The notes: a model not told the origin generated them from the sequence alone. Counted from the first letter of the stretch, positions 14,782-26,794 are shown. The stretch: 64,000 nucleotides of DNA from Octopus vulgaris (GCA_951406725.2 OX597822.1:14322001-14386000), one strand, 5' to 3'. A program made the numbers and translations.

Positions 14782-14982
14782 TGTGTTTGTGTGTTTGTCC
14801 CTCTAGCATTGCTTGACAACCGATGCTGGTGTGTTTACGTCCCCCGTCACTTAGCGGTTCGGCAAAAGAGACCGATAGAATAAGTACTGGGCTTACAAAG
14901 AATAAGTCCCGGGGTCGATTTGCTCGACTAAAGGCGGTGCTCCAGCATGGCCGCAGTCAAATGACTGAAACAAGTGAAAGAG
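14543..14982 (+). mobile_element. tRNA-derived SINE family A (reference copy) with internal (TA)n(TG)n and CR1-like 3' tail
   Basis: A box tggctgtgtgg, B box ggttcagtcc, CORE-like ggcaagtgtctt, tail ggcggtgctccagcatggccgcagtcaaatgactgaaac; at least 10 related copies in the window. Confidence 0.9.
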
Positions 14983-15721
14983 AGAGAAGAGAAAAGAGAG
15001 ATATAAGTACAAAACAAGGACATCAAGGCCACTAGGTGTATGGATGGAGGTAAAATGAGTATACGGGTATGGCAGAGACCCCCCACCACCACTAACAGCA
15101 TAGAGATTCTTCGAATGATTTAACAGATCTATACACATATAAACACGTATAAATATATATGCACACACACACACGCACACATATATATACATGCATATAT
15201 ATGTAACATATGTATGTGTGAGAGAGAAAGAGACAGACAGAGAAGAGAAAAACTAGATTTTTAACACATTCATACATACCCGTATGCAGACACTCTCGTC
15301 TCACAGACACACATACACGCTGCATTCAAATGGCTAAGTGATTTATATGAGAATATATTCCACGCTTCACTGAATCTCCATAAAACAAGTGATAAACTCT
15401 TGTAACTAGTGTTTCAGAAATAAAACATAATGGCAGTAATTGTAGGAATACAAAAATTGAATATTAAAAATTGTAGACGTATTATTATATTATAGTTTAA
15501 TGTAGAGAGCATATATATATATATATACACACAAACATACATACATATATACATATATATATACATACATATATACACACGTATATATATACATACACAC
15601 ATATATATATACATACATACATATATATATATAAACATACATATATATATATATACATACATACATATATATATATATACATACACATATATATATACAT
15701 ATATATATATATACATACACC

Positions 15722-15752
<31 letters not shown>

Positions 15753-15879
15753 ACATACGCACACGCGTACATACACACGTACACACACATATATATAAAT
15801 ATATATGTGTGTGTGTATATATATATATAATTATATATATGTGTGTGTGTGATGTCGTTTAGATCTGTATATAAACTGG

Positions 15880-16230
15880 ATAAACTTAGATACGTTTCGG
15901 GCAAAAATGAGCCCAAGCCATGCCTAACTTTATAGCACCACGGGACATGATCTGTTAAGTCAGTTTAAGTCAATATTTGCGGTATCATAGCCCATCCAAG
16001 TAGGGAGTTCCTGTTAATTGAGATGTGTCCAAGTATAGGTGGCTTATCCGGTATCCGTTGAAGAGGTTTGTCCTGACTTGATTCGAAGGCGATGGGATCT
16101 TTTCCTTTGAGTTATTTCGGAATAATGTTAAATACAGTAGAACCTGTTAAGGTGAAGTAATTGTGCTACTGTGTATCTGTGTGTTGTGAGACTGCATTTT
16201 GTAATGGATGTTTGGCACGTGACCCCAGCT
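15880..16230 (-). mobile_element. 3' fragment of another CR1-group LINE family
   Basis: Minus-strand peptide HNYFTLTGSTVFNIIPK...IPDKPPILG...NSLL parallels the C-terminus of 48952-51237; tail gcatggc-ttgggc...gccc-gaaac has the same motif and stem-loop layout. Confidence 0.6.
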
Positions 16231-16289
16231 TCTTCGCATTGTTTCCATTAGGTCTTTTCTCATATCTTCTCATAGAGCAGAGACCTGGT

Positions 16290-17460
16290 TTCTAAATACA
16301 TCTAACGCAAGAAATGAAGAAGCATGTTGATATTGTAGTAATAAAGGCTGAGTATAGCGATTTAAAAATATCTCGATATTTAAAAGTTGTCAGATCTTTC
16401 GTCTACAAAGTTTGTAAGGAGTTAGAGACTGAAGATGGAAACGTAACACCAGTATCGAAACATTAAAAAAAAGCATTCTAAATGCTCTGAAATCATCAGA
16501 ACACTTGAATTTGTCCAGCAAGTTCAACATTGATTACAATTCCAGAAAATCCATAAGGTCAATTGCAAAAGATCTCCATATGTCAGAAGGAATAGTCAGA
16601 AATGTTGTCCACGAAGACATCAGATATAAGTCTTAAAGAATGAGAAAAGATCAATTTGTCAGAAACAGTAAAAGAAAATCACTACCTTAGATCTAAAAGT
16701 CTCTTAAGCAAACTGAAAAACCCAGCAGAAGAAGATTTGATTTGTTTTTTGTCAAATGAGAAAAAACTTCGACCAAGATCAAAAAGTTAACAGAAGAAAT
16801 GACAGATGGTTATGTGCAGACCATTTTGAAGTTTCAAGTGTTATGCATACAACATTTCCTGCAGCTGTCATAGTTTTAAGAGTTGTCAGCAATGAAAGAC
16901 ATGTGATGCCTCCTTACTTCTTTCCACAAGACCTTAGAGTTAACTCTGCCGCTTACATTGAGGTCCTGGAAATAATTGTTAAGCCCTGAATAGACAGTGT
17001 GTGCAATGGAAGGCCATGTGTGTTTCACTAAGACTCTGCACTATCACACATGGCTCTAGTAACACAGCAATGGATGGCTGAACATTTTTATGATCACGTA
17101 ACTCCTAACATTTGATCTCCTAATTCCCTAGATCTTAAACTACTGGACTATTACATGTGGAGCGTAGTTGAGAGAGAGGTGAATGAATACGCCCATAACA
17201 CCAAAGATTCTTTAAAAGCTGCCATAGTTAGAGTAATGTCCAAAATGAAACAGGACCACCTGATTCGAGCATCTAGATGATTTAGATCTCATTTAGAAGC
17301 AGCTGTTGAATCTGAAGGGGGCTTTATTGAATAACATTATAGAAAAGAAGATTTATTTTTATCCTCAAGGTATCTTTTGATAAATAAAATTCTTATCTTT
17401 TACTATATATGTTTTTTTTATAAACATAAATCTGTCCTCAAATATCTTACACACTCTGTA
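16290..17460 (+). mobile_element. Decayed DD37D (maT-type) Tc1/mariner transposon, left terminus missing
   Basis: KNFDQDQKVNRRNDRW, MPPYFFPQDLRVNSAAYIEVL, D-SALSH...PNSLDLKLL-D with 37 residues between the Asp; right end tgtcctcaaatatcttacacactctg-ta. Confidence 0.85.
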
Positions 17461-17464
17461 TATA

Positions 17465-17676
17465 TTCAAAATGTGACTACGTGTGTACCGTTGGCGATTT
17501 TGTTTCCTCCGTCTTCCCTTCCGTGGATCTTTCCTTTTCTTATGTTTCTGACGAATAGCTCCGCTCGAAACGTTGAATCCTCCTTCTTTCTTTCTTTTCC
17601 TGAGCGTCCAATAACACTGTACTTGTTCCACGTCCTCACGTTGTTGTGTTTTCTCTTTGTGTTTTTATGTTTGGAT

Positions 17677-17680
<4 letters not shown>
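17465..17680 (+). mobile_element. About 215-bp short element with a minimal hammerhead (17544-17578)
   Basis: gttt-CTGACGA-atagc-tcc-gctc-GAAA-cg-TT-gaat; close sister copy at 25930-26140. Confidence 0.65.
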
Positions 17681-17752
<72 letters not shown>

Positions 17753-18538
17753 GTTATTAATGTTTGTATGTTTGTTTTATGATGTAAGAAAAGCAATTAT
17801 ACCTTAAATTGAAGGATTACTCGAGTAACCAAGCCATCATCAGACTGTCCAATGACGGCTGGTCAAAATTTCGAAGCCATTGTCAATAGTATTCTTCTTA
17901 AAGAATATTTACATCTTCATACATACATGCACACAAACAGACAGAGAGAAATACACATGTATGTATATGTATGTATATATACATACATATATATATAGAC
18001 AGAGAGATGAATATAAACATACATAAATATATATGCACACGCATATATATATTCTTATTCTTATTCTTATCCAAGTACAGACACACACACACATGCGCAC
18101 ATATACATGCAGATAAGAATGAATATGTGCACGCGTGAATGTGTGTCTGTTTATGCCTCTCTCTGACTTTAGATTTGACGCTGTATGTAAAAAAAAAAGG
18201 TTATAGCGTTTATGTTCCGTAACTTTGTGCGATAAATACTATAAATTATAAAGCCATAAATCAGGAAAAAACGCACCAGGCTAACAAAATATATGAGTAT
18301 GGCAGCCGATATGAGGGATTAAAACGTTTCTAAGTGATGCTCCAGCGCGGCCGTGGTTTAATGATTGATAAAAAAAAACGCAGAAAGAGGTACAAACTCA
18401 TACCATTGTTCAGTTGTCACTTGATTGCCAGACTTGCATTGTTGTGGCCTTCTTTAATAGACTATCAATACATTGTATATATGTATACACATGTATACAC
18501 CCACGCAAACTATATATATGTATATATATATATATTTA

Positions 18539-18662
<124 letters not shown>

Positions 18663-19304
18663 TATGTGTATGTGAGTGAATATATATATATATATATATA
18701 AGCTATATACGCCATTATTTATGGGAAGCGGAAAATATACCTGCGTGCGAAATGAAACACGAAAAAATGTTTATAATTTATACAATATATACATAATACG
18801 ACTATACGCAATTACAACAGGCGTAGAAAGAGTTGCACACGTCTGCATACGGGAACTAACAAAGAAATACGTCCACACAATTATACAACAATAACAATAT
18901 CGATACATATATACATACGTACATACATACATACATACATATACATACTTATGTATATGTATACATATAAATGTGTGTGTATATATGGATGTACGTTCGT
19001 GAGTATAAACCAATATATAACAGTGGAATAAATGTTCATATGGATGACGATTCTTATGCAGGTATATTGTCAAATATATTATTGTGTAATGGTGTGCGCG
19101 TATTTCTTTGTTATTTCATCCATTGAGACATGTGTAGGTGTGTCTACGAGTCATAGCTGTGTGAAAGAAGCTGTTATTCATGTCTCTTCAACTAACGGTA
19201 TCAATGTGTATTTTATTGTTAAAATCTTTACAAAATGTTCATTATACCGATACTTCTTTTAAAATAATATGTTCGTGTGTGTGTGTGTATATATATATAT
19301 ACTC

Positions 19305-19570
19305 TTAAGTTTCAGTTCAAAGCCGTGGCCATGGTGGGGCACCACCGTTTTACTACGCTTTTCTTATTGAGAGCCTCCTCTAATATGTGGAATTTGGTGA
19401 AGAATGGAGTTTGATGTCGCTTCCCTCATTTGCACTTCTTGCCGCGAGGTAGGTTCATCTGGAACTCAAGACAGAAGAGATCAAGTTTTGATTTGAAGAC
19501 ACCTACATCCACTTTGTGCAGGTCTTGCAGGCTCTTTAGGAGAATATTAAAACACTGTGGACCCCTGACA
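19305..19570 (-). mobile_element. 3' fragment of a CR1-group LINE related to 48151-51320
   Basis: [31 protein letters not shown] versus RGPQLFNILPKNLRDLHGVDADVFKVGLDLF; tail ggtggtgccccaccatggccac. Confidence 0.85.
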
Positions 19571-19572
19571 TA

Positions 19573-19648
<76 letters not shown>

Positions 19649-19936
19649 CATACATATATATACATGTGTACATATATATACACACACACATATATATGAT
19701 TTTATATATATATATATATATATATGATTATATATATATACATATATGTATGTTTGTATGTATGTATGTATGTATGTATGTATGTATCAATGTATACGTG
19801 TGAGTAGACAATCGAAAGAAAAGGGCGCTCAACACATTTAGTAGAAGTTACATGTATTATCTGAAGCTGATTGATTCGGTTCCGGCTGATGGAAGTTTCT
19901 CATGTCCCTAACGTAAGCTTCACCCCTTCAGGCTTT

Positions 19937-19981
<45 letters not shown>

Positions 19982-19982
19982 G

Positions 19983-20031
<49 letters not shown>

Positions 20032-20514
20032 TACATGAGGGAAATAAAATGAAATTTACGAGACTTCTATTATTTACTATGGCTTATCGACCTATCGTGC
20101 ATTTGTCCCACCCGCTTGAGATGCTGTGCTAACACTTATAGGGCTGTGTAGGTGCGCTTATGTCTCCTCAGGTGACTTGTCGAAAAGTACTTCGTTTTTT
20201 GATATCTGCTTCGCTTATTTCTATTACAATACATTTTGCAGTTGAAGTGTGCTACGCGCCTAAACGACGAAATGGGTTATATTGCAGAATTCTGCTCATA
20301 TAAGCAATAAGGTGATTTTCAAGAAATTAAGAAATTAGAAAGTATAAATTGAAAAAAGAAAGTTGTATGAAATAATAAGTTATACACTGAGAATGAAATG
20401 CCATAAAACAGCCATGCAATTGGGATAGAACAATTGGGATTGACCGAAGCTGACATTTTCACGAAATAATTTAGCGTATACACACACACATACACATACA
20501 CGAACACACACACA

Positions 20515-20562
<48 letters not shown>

Positions 20563-20896
20563 TAGTTAATGATTGTAGTGAATAATAAAGGATTTCGTAA
20601 ATTTCATTGTCTTTCTCTTACCTGCATACTGGTGATAACATCAGGTAGCCGAATACTGTAAACGGACTTTAAACAGCAAACTACAAGGTGGGCACTCAAA
20701 TATAAAATATATACACATATCCAAATTTGTATAATTGCGTATAGAAGAATATATCAATCAATGAAATTCCAACTTTCTAATACTTTCATGCGTTAGGCAA
20801 TCATCAGGTTTATTTCAATACTGTAAAATTGTAATAATTGTAAAAAATAAACGTGAAAATCAGTTCAAGTTGGAATTTGATTGATTAATATATACA

Positions 20897-20953
<57 letters not shown>

Positions 20954-21049
20954 GTAATTAATAAAATATGTCTTTTTAGGACAAAACGTATTGGGTATCA
21001 TTAGTTAAGTGTTCAACTTATCCAAAATCTTAAAAAAGATGTTTAAGGA

Positions 21050-21364
21050 TTGAACAGAACCGTACTCCCTCTTGTTGTCTCCAGCTTATTCAATTACTCA
21101 ACTTTTAGGGATAGAAATAAACGGAATAGTACCGGTCTCAGCAAACTGATTTGGGATTTAAAAGACCACAATGAACAATTTCATTTAGAATGGTTGATCC
21201 TCTCAATTTCGATACCATATGACAAAGGCAAGAAATTCTGTCTTCTCTGCAATTCTGAGCTATTTTTCATTATTTTTTCTAAAAATACTCTAGTAAACAC
21301 GGTTATAGAACGAGCATACAGATGTAAGCATTGGCAGAAACATACATTTAGTGCATATAAGTAG
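21050..21364 (+). pseudogene. Penelope-like element endonuclease (GIY-YIG) C-terminal fragment
   Basis: STGLSKLIWDLKD...W.I...PY....CLLCNSE...LVN...E...CKH..KH, the Cys/His pattern I recognise from PLE endonucleases; a hammerhead follows 200 bp downstream. Confidence 0.7.
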
Positions 21365-21565
21365 TCTCTATCATTATATATAGTTTAAACTTTAATTTCC
21401 TTTATATTTAACATTCACTATTAATATCCCTACTCTTTCTGTTAGCTACTTATGACGTTATATCATATAACGTTTTTTTAAACAATATTAATAGAGTTCT
21501 GTCTATCGCTATACAAATCCATCATTTTTTGCTAAAATGTCGTATTGACGAGTTTCGTTTTTTTC

Positions 21566-21651
21566 ACTTTCCCGAAGAGAAGATTGCATTGTTTATACCA
21601 TTTATTCTTTTGAATAGTATCAGTGGAATTTTCGAAACATGTGTCGAAAGT
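21566..21651 (+). ncRNA. Type I hammerhead motif (CCGAAGA variant) downstream of the PLE ORF
   Basis: actttc-CCGAAGA-gaagatt...aattttc-GAAA-catgtg-TC-gaaagt; perfect 6-bp stem I; homologous to 12771-12853. Confidence 0.65.
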
Positions 21652-21690
21652 AAAAATATTTGATTAAACCTGCGTTAACTCCATTTTTTA

Positions 21691-21740
<50 letters not shown>

Positions 21741-21774
21741 AATGCATACACACACACACACACATATATATATA

Positions 21775-22040
21775 TTAACGTATAAGAGAAAATGGAAGGG
21801 TTATCTCTGGAATAGTCACAATAAAAGATATATTTATATAGAGAATTGTAATACTATATTAATGATTGAATAATAATGAACAGTAGGGAATATGAAGATA
21901 TTTAAAATTATCATCTTCATATTCTCTACTGTACATCATTATTTAATCATTAACTTAATATTACAATTCTATATATTAATATATCTTTTATTGTTATTGT
22001 TCCGTATATAACCATTCCTCCCTTCTTATACTTTAATATA
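21775..22040. repeat. AT-rich imperfect fold-back, arms about 125 bp
   Basis: cagtagggaatatgaagat / atcttcatattctctactg; agaattgtaata / tattacaattct; caataaaagatat / atatcttttattg. Confidence 0.8.
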
Positions 22041-22045
22041 TATAT

Positions 22046-22503
22046 ATTGAATAAGTTGGAGTCAACAAGAGGGAGTATGGTTGAGCATTCATTTGCAATT
22101 ACTACAATTGTTTCTCCGCAACGTAGTTCTCCAAGCTTGCAGGTATTTGGTTATGTAAAAGTTTTTCTGCATTATGAAATCTAGTTGAGTTCCTTCAAGC
22201 GATCTATAAAAGCAGTTCGCCACCGAACCTTCACCCGCAACGCATCTCTTGATACGCTCAATGACTACTACTAACTCCAAGCCGCGACAGACACACAGGA
22301 TGCTCTTGAAGGCCGAGAATTTGAATTTACGGAGACAATATTTACACATGGCCTGAAGAAACAACTAGATCTCATAATGCAAGGAAACGTTTACATAACC
22401 AAGTACCTGCAAGCCTGGAGAACTACGTTGCGTAGAAACAATTGTAGTGATTGCAAATAAATGTTCGACCGCACTCCTTTTTGTTGACTCCAACTTATTC
22501 AAT
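22046..22503. repeat. Inverted repeat with about 135-bp arms; right arm overlaps a hammerhead (22348-22451, + strand)
   Basis: attgaataagttggagtcaacaa / ttgttgactccaacttattcaat; atggc-CTGAAGA-a-acaac...gttgcgt-a-GAAA-caattg-TA-gtgat. Confidence 0.8.
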
Positions 22504-22689
22504 TAAATATTTACAAACTACACAAGCTCAAACGCAAATCTGGAAGCACGTATACTACTACTACTGGATAGCACCGGGTGAAATTAGAAGACATTTCTAC
22601 TGTAATCTACTACGTTCTTAACAGGATAAAACATAACTGTATATATATATATATGTATATATATGTGTGTGTGTACTCTTTTATTCTTT

Positions 22690-23100
22690 TATTCTTGTAA
22701 TTGTTTCAGTCATTTGACTGCGGCCATGCAGGAGCGCCATTTTCAGTTGATAAAATCGACCCCAGAACTTTTCCCTTGTAAACCTAGTACTTATTCTGTC
22801 GGTCTCCTTTTCCCGAACCGCTAGTTTACGGAGACGTAAACACGCTAACATCGGTTGTCAAGCGGTGATAGAGAGACAAACGCAGACACACAAATACATA
22901 CATAGATACATACACACACACACACACACACACACATACACACACACAAACACTCACACACGCACATATATATATATATATATACGACGAGCTTATTTCA
23001 GTTTCCGTCTACCAAATCGATTCACAAGGCTTGCCCAAGGTACCACGCAATGGGATTGAACCCGGAACCATGTGCTTGGGATGCAAGTTTCGTATCACAT
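22690..23100 (-). mobile_element. SINE family A copy; a + strand 3' half follows at 23160-23390
   Basis: gtttcagtcatttgactgcggccatgc ... gaacccggaaccatgtg. Confidence 0.8.
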
Positions 23101-23104
23101 ACAA

Positions 23105-23154
<50 letters not shown>

Positions 23155-23573
23155 TGTGTGTCTACTTATGTCTTTGTTTGTCCCCCACCACCGCTTGACA
23201 ACCGGTGTTGATGTGTTTATGTTCCCTGTTCTATAGCGTTCCGGCTAAAAAAGACCGACAGTACCAGGCTTTACAAAATAATTTTAAACCCTGGGGTCGA
23301 TTCGTTCGACGAAATTTCTTCAAGGCGGTGCCCCAGCGTGGCCGCAGTCTATTGACGGAAACAGGTGAAAAGAAAGGTAAAGCATAAAAGGTTCACGTCT
23401 AAGTATAAGATGATTTTTCTCATGCAGGTACCTGCGCACCTGGACAAATTGTCTGGAGGTCGTTGTCCGACCGTCAAAAGAAAACATGATGGATACAATA
23501 ATAATGCTTTGTTATTGTTGTTGTTGGAAATACACATACATACTAGCTCTCTCTCTCTCTCCCCCTCTCTCTT

Positions 23574-23608
<35 letters not shown>

Positions 23609-23821
23609 TGTACGCAAATGTGTTAATGTTCTATTTTGTTGTAGTTGCAATGTTTTGAGGACTTTTATTGCGAAAGAGAAATTGGCGATTGTCTCTGTAA
23701 TGTATGAAATAGTGGAAAAGTTATGCGTGCGCATGTACACGGGGTTGTGTGTGTGTGTGTGTGTGTGTGTGTATTGTTGTGGCTGTTTATACACAAAATC
23801 ATACAAAAGTTGAGAAGTATA

Positions 23822-23859
<38 letters not shown>

Positions 23860-24876
23860 TGTATGTGCCTGTGTTCCTGTGTATGTGCGTGTGTATGCGT
23901 GTGTCGAACTCCACACATACATATACACACATATATAAAGCTACATACATATAGATATATAACCATGCGGGTGCACTTATAGAGTACAAAGGACATGTAT
24001 AGACTAGTTTCCGTACATCCTATGGGTCAATGCGTACACGGCACCAAAGCAGACTGTTTTCTATTCACCCTGTCTACAACATGTCGACCTCACCTTGGCC
24101 CATTTCTTCACCAAGTTTTCATAGAACGACGACATAACTACGAAGCCACAATGTGACCCCTAGACGTGTATAACAGTTAAGTACTTGCGTGGCAGTTAAG
24201 TACTCTTCAAATCTCAGCGTTTTACTATAATCTCGGGCCAAACAAATTTCATAAATTTCATTCAGCTAAAAAAAATTCTTCAGGCGGTGCCCCAGTATGG
24301 CCACACTCGAATGATTGAAACGAGTACAAGATAACAGGTTTATTCAGTGATTATGGCTAAATGAAAATCTGACCTCAATCGACTTGAATGTCGAAAATAT
24401 TTTCTTTTATCAGAATCAGAAAGACATGTCCCAGAAAGTAATCTTTGGGATTAATATTTGACTGTAAAACAGAAGACAATATATTCTCGCGGTTCGAGTT
24501 GTAAAAGTTATCGGTAAACGTTTTTGATTTTCACTCTCGATAAGTTCATCCCCTTTTTGTGTTCCCAGCACTCGGCATCTTAATTTAGGAGCCCTTAATT
24601 GTATAACTACATGAATAATATTTTTCTATACGAATAATATTTTGTCTTATGACTAATTCGTCTTTTGTGCTGGGCACCTGGTAGTAAATAATATTACTAC
24701 CCTTCTTGTTTATATTCGCATATGACTTGATGGATTTATTCGTAAAATTCTTCCCGGCATGCCCTATACTGCCGTGTAAGTTTTGCGTCTGCGCAGAGAT
24801 TTGAAAAGTTAAGATCTGCTAGTAGTCGGGTTCAACACATGGTCCCACATCGCTGCAGACCTCGATTAAATTTAGG

Positions 24877-24954
24877 CGACTCGCTGATGAAGCTAGCCTT
24901 AGCAAACATATTCTGTGTTTTGCTAGAAAGAAGCAGAAACCGCGGTTCGAGTTG
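24877..24954 (+). ncRNA. Type I hammerhead ribozyme motif, copy 1 of the 454-bp array
   Basis: cgactcg-CTGATGA-a-gct..tagcaaa...tttgcta..agc-a-GAAA-ccgcgg-TT-cgagttg; 7-bp stem I, palindromic stem III, GUU site after 24947. Confidence 0.8.
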
Positions 24955-25330
24955 TAAAAGTTATCGGTAAACGTTTTTGATTTTCACTCTCGATAAGTTC
25001 ATCCCCTTTTTGTGTTCCCAGCACTCGGCATCTTAATTTAGGAGCCCTTAATTGTATAACTACATGAATAATATTTTTCTATATAAATAATATTTTTGTC
25101 TTATGACTAATTCGTCTTTTGTGCTGGGCACCTGGTAGTAAATAATATTACTACCCTTCTTGTTTATATTCGCATATTACATGATGGATTTATTTGTAAA
25201 ATTCTTCCCGGCATGCCCTATACTGCCGTGTAAGTTTTGCGTCTGCGCAGAGATTTGAAAAGTTAAGATCTGCTAGTAGTCGGGTTCAACACATGGTCCC
25301 ACATCGCTGCAGACCTCGATTAAATTTAGG

Positions 25331-25408
25331 CGACTCGCTGATGAAGCTAGCCTTAGCAAACATATTCTGTGTTTTGCTAGAAAGAAGCAGAAACCGCGGT
25401 TCGAGTTG
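25331..25408 (+). ncRNA. Type I hammerhead ribozyme motif, copy 2 of the 454-bp array
   Basis: Identical to 24877-24954; predicted cleavage after 25401. Confidence 0.8.
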
Positions 25409-25615
25409 TAAAAGTTATCGGTAAACGTTTTTGATTTTCACTCTCGATAAGTTCATCCCCTTTTTGTGTTCCCAGCACTCGGCATCTTAATTTAGGAGCC
25501 CTTAATTGTATAACTACATGAATAATATTTTTCTATATAAATAATATTTTTGTCTTATGACTAATTCGTCTTTTGTGCTGGGCACCTGGTAGTAAATAAT
25601 ATTACTACCCTTCTT

Positions 25616-25696
<81 letters not shown>

Positions 25697-25929
25697 TGTA
25701 TAAATTATGAGTTAGAAGATAAATGGTGTATTGCCTATGTATATGCGTTGCTATATTATAACGATGTTTGTTATACGGAACGTGATAAATGCAAATTTAC
25801 CTATAAAATAACGAACTGAAACAGCTGTAAATGTTGTTTTCACTACAATTAAGCTATGGCCATTTAATACTAAACTTCTAATTATGAACCGTTGTTCCAT
25901 TTCTTCTCTTACCTGTGTATATATATATA

Positions 25930-26138
25930 TTCAAAATGTGACCGCGTGTGTACCGTTGGCGATTTTTTTCCTCTGTCTTCCCTTCTCTGGATCTTTCCTT
26001 CACCCATGTTTCCGACGAAGAGCTCCGCTCGAAACGTTAAACCCTCCTTCTTTCCTTCTTTCCTGAGCGTCCAATAATACTATATTTGTTCCACGTCCTC
26101 ACGTTCTTGTGTTTTTTTGTGCTTTCTTGTTTGGATTA

Positions 26139-26140
<2 letters not shown>
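25930..26140 (+). mobile_element. About 210-bp short element with a minimal hammerhead variant (26008-26042)
   Basis: gttt-CCGACGA-a-gagc-tcc-gctc-GAAA-cg-TT-aaac; sister of 17465-17680. Confidence 0.6.
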
Positions 26141-26187
<47 letters not shown>

Positions 26188-26293
26188 ATCACGTGACCGA
26201 CCAGACCATCAGATGTTGTTACACATCGCTGGTCACAATGCGTTCGCATTGTTTTAGCCTTCGAATGACGCCACCCCGCTGGCTAAGCGAGCA

Positions 26294-26354
<61 letters not shown>

Positions 26355-26450
26355 TTAGAGACAAAACCACTATTTTGCAAATCAAACAAAGAAAGACTTA
26401 ATCCAATACATAAAAAAAATTTTAATATAAATTAAATAAAATTATATTCG

Positions 26451-26496
26451 CCACTACAATTGTTTCATGTCTCTTCTCAGGACATTCATCAGGTGG
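26451..26496 (-). ncRNA. Compact canonical type I hammerhead ribozyme
   Basis: Minus strand ccac-CTGATGA-atgtc-ctgagaaga-gacat-GAAA-caattg-TA-gtgg; all core nucleotides present and stems I and II perfectly paired. Confidence 0.85.
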
Positions 26497-26565
26497 ATTT
26501 CAGATCTTCTATTCTATTTTAAGTTATGATTTTCCCTGTAAATTTGGATTTATTCCCTAATATTT

Positions 26566-26645
<80 letters not shown>

Positions 26646-26690
26646 CATCTGATTTTCCCTGTAAATTTGGATTTATTCCCTAATATTTAT

Positions 26691-26735
<45 letters not shown>

Positions 26736-26760
26736 CATATATATATACATATATATATAC

Positions 26761-26794
<34 letters not shown>

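Larger units (their letters stand above)
24488..25622 (+). repeat. Tandem array of a 453-454-bp non-coding unit (about 2.5 copies) with one hammerhead per unit; retrozyme or pLTR-like
   Basis: cgcggttcgagttgtaaaag recurs at 24488, 24941 and 25395; copies differ by only a few bases. Confidence 0.95.

Noticed and set aside
15885-15925. Minus-strand gggc...gccc-GAAACGUA resembling a hammerhead 3' half
   Set aside because: No CUGANGA upstream; it sits at the 3' end of a CR1-like fragment and matches the gcatggc-stem-gaaac LINE tail layout.
20773-20812. Minus-strand CUGAUGA-uugc..gcau-GAAA
   Set aside because: Stem I does not pair; at best a decayed motif, so it was not counted.
24488-25622. CRISPR array interpretation of the tandem repeats (also 62229-62895)
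   Set aside because: Whole units repeat with no unique spacers, there are no cas genes, and the context is eukaryotic.
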